DNA of 53,278 bases, the filler included, from Sphacelaria rigidula (taxonomy: Eukaryota), in the NCBI GenBank assembly GCA_964200075.2. It is 4 parts of 4 records of this genome, joined end to end, with 100 filler letters (N's around TTAATTAATTAA, not from the genome) between each part and the next. Parts side by side here need not be neighbours in the genome. Positions count along the whole stretch, not along the records: positions 40,036 to 53,278 come from CAXNAA020003035.1; 3 more parts are not named here. One strand, written 5' to 3'. The notes beneath the pieces were generated by a model that was given only the letters and a program-made list of their open reading frames with translations, ran no database searches and had not been told where the DNA came from. The position numbers and the translations under genes were made by a program. Shown here piece by piece: positions 52,630 through 53,278 of the stretch (positions are counted from its first letter, which is position 1; the number at the start of each line of letters is the position of its first letter).

Positions 52630-53278
52630 CATATCAAGTCCTTGGAACTGGAAGGGAAGAAGCAGAGCGACTCAACATACGTCCGGAGCGCGACTGGCGA
52701 ACTGTTGCGGGACAAGCAAGCTATACTACAACGATGGAAGGAATGGTTTGACTGAACGCAACCTCACCTACAATCGATCACTCTGTCATCGATCTCATCG
52801 AACAGCTGCCAGAGCACACATCGCTCGCGGCGGAGCCCTCGATGGCAGAAGTGAAGCAAGCGGTGGGCAAACTGGCGAACGGTAAGGCCGTTGGGACGGA
52901 CGACATCTGTGGCGAACTGTTAAAGCTCGGTCGCACCGAGGACTCTGCCATCCTGAAGTACCTCCACGACATCGTGCTCACCGTGTGGCGTCAGGAAGTT
53001 GTACCGCAAGAGTGGAAAGACACTATCATCAAGGTGCTCTTCAAGAAACATGACCCGTACGAATGCGGCAACTACCGCGGTATTTCTCTCGGGTCCCACG
53101 CGGGCAAGGTGGTGCTCAAGATAGTTGCGACTCGCCTCAGTGCCTACTGCGAGTGGAAGGGAATCCTCCCAGAAGCGCAATGCGGCTTCCGACCTGGCCG
53201 TTCCACAGTCGACATGATGTTCGTTGTACGCAGACTCCAAGAACTGGCCCGAGAGAAGAATGCTCCTCTATACATGTG
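52630..53278 (+). mobile_element. RTE-type non-LTR retrotransposon (LINE) reverse transcriptase fragment, 5'-truncated, runs off the window
   Basis: ILQRWKEWF (frameshift about 52752), then [31 protein letters not shown]...[17 protein letters not shown]...CGNYRGISL...[26 protein letters not shown]. Confidence 0.92.

Overview
Eukaryotic, intron-rich DNA of roughly 50% GC. It is most likely a brown alga (Phaeophyceae); this is an inference from gene structure, TTAGGG-type repeats and transposon types. The window is not one locus. It is four contigs (1-13246, 13347-26591, 26692-39935, 40036-53278; 13246/13245/13244/13243 bp) joined by artificial N44-TTAATTAATTAA-N44 linkers. Contig 1 holds an intact 11-exon NADP-glutamate-dehydrogenase-like gene (5' end not seen). 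Its three substrate/catalytic lysines and catalytic aspartate are all replaced while NADP-binding motifs remain, so it is a candidate pseudo-enzyme or regulatory GDH. Contig 2 holds the 5' eight exons of a secreted reprolysin/peptidyl-Asp-like metallopeptidase (- strand). Four of five copies of a TGT...ACA MITE carrying telomere-like repeats crowd two of its introns, and two copies have swapped target duplications that mark a 1.1-kb inversion. Contig 3 holds a degenerate Ty3/Gypsy chromovirus with a 3' LTR and an extra post-chromodomain region. Contig 4 holds a hAT non-autonomous element with a perfect 8-bp TSD, a decayed Ulp1-like protease, a decayed histone-fold + acidic tract + SAP-domain gene, and an RTE-type LINE fragment.
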